Source of the DNA: Chiloscyllium plagiosum | Lineage: Eukaryota | DNA: 64,000 nucleotides | Direction of reading: 5' to 3' | Assembly (NCBI RefSeq): GCF_004010195.1 | Contig: NC_057718.1 | Span: forward strand, 13,911,001-13,975,000 | Shown: one piece after another, positions 63,058 through 64,000 of the stretch | Numbering within the stretch: the stretch's first letter is position 1 | Layout of the letters: each line of letters opens with the position of its first letter | Notes under the pieces: generated by a model | Databases searched by the model: none | What the model saw: only the letters and a program-made list of their open reading frames with translations | Told to the model about the DNA's origin: nothing | Made by a program: the position numbers and the translations under genes

Positions 63058-63381
63058 TCTGGATCAGTGGTGCTGGAAGAGCACAGCAATTCAGGCAGCA
63101 TCCGAGGACAGGCAAAATTGACGTTTCGGGCAAAAGCCCTTCATCAGGAATAAAGGCAGAGAGCCTGAAGCGTGGAGAGATAAGCTGGGGGTGGGGATAG
63201 AGTAGCATAGAGTCGAGTTTGTTTCAGGACATGGTTGAAGAGCTTCAGGGCTGAGGAAATGACCTGGGAGTTACAGTGGGAGAGAGACTCCCTGAGATTC
63301 TTGTAGAGAGAGGAGGAAAACTTCTTCAAGGCAGGCATCCTTGCAAGAGGATTCGCAGTAGGGTTAAAATCAACGAGGTAA
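63058..63381 (-). mobile_element. Short, internally deleted Penelope-like insertion with a canonical hammerhead core
   Basis: Near-TSD TCTGTATTWTTCAT (63044-63057 and 63382-63395); minus-strand CTGATGA-AGGGC-TTTT-GCCC-GAAACGTC at 63147-63120. Confidence 0.8.
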
Positions 63382-64000
63382 TCTGTATTATTCATGTTCA
63401 GTTTTGAACTCTGAGCATGAATATATTCACTTACCTCAACCATGGCATCCAGTAATTGCTCTTGGCAACATTGATTATGAAGGGGAGAGTCAACCAAAAT
63501 TAAAGCTGCAGGTCTGTGAGTGACCAGGATAGGACAAGAACCAGCATATTTCTGAATCACACCTCTCCTATATGCTACACACAATCAAATACCCAGTCCA
63601 TGCATTGACAATTAAGAAATTGGCTGTGGAATTGTGTTCTTCAGAGTACAAAAGTGAGGGGACAAAGCATTGATATGTTCAATGTTCATTGCACTAAATA
63701 CCTAGCAGATAAATTGAACAGATATTTTGTATGAATCTTCAATATAGAAGAAAAAAGTCACATTCCTAAGATACATATCATTCAGGAAATGGAAGGGAGG
63801 AATCCAAGAAAATTACAATGAGCAGGAAAGTGGTGCTGATCCAGTTGTTAGAGCTGTGGACTGATGGTTTCAGGCCCTGATGGACTTGTCCCTAGGGTTA
63901 TAAAAGAAATAACAAGTGAGATAGTTGTTGGAGGTTTTCATTTTCCTAAGCTGCCTTGATTTGGGTGAGGCTCTATTAGACTGGAAAATAGTGAAATGAC

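Overview
Repeat-dense vertebrate genomic DNA, most likely an elasmobranch (shark), judged from HE1-type V-SINEs, SacSINE1-like SINEs and abundant CR1-clade LINEs. It has three N gaps (1623-2130, 24472-24523, 39717-40489). Host gene 1 is on the minus strand: five coding exons (96/58/128/75/96 nt, GT-AG, phase-consistent, 151 aa) of a TspanC8 tetraspanin of the TSPAN33-like type, whose 3' exons appear to lie left of the window. Host gene 2 is a CpG-island promoter at about 61.6-62.0 kb with a probable first coding exon (MSSGTDTEKAK) of an unidentified plus-strand gene. Most of the rest is decayed or nested transposable elements: CR1, L2-like, Rex/Babar, L1/Tx1, Penelope-like, Gypsy/LTR, SINEs and a foldback element. 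Most notable: (a) a poly(A)-tailed retroposon found at three loci, always next to an AAACAG(G) motif, twice at the TATA box of the same LTR family, with stacked insertions and an apparent 3' transduction, suggesting target-site specificity; (b) several Penelope-derived short insertions with 12-15 bp TSDs that carry minimal hammerhead-ribozyme cores, including a 127-nt solo unit and two copies with inverted segments. Repeat boundaries and family names were assigned by eye and from memory of the families, without database searches.
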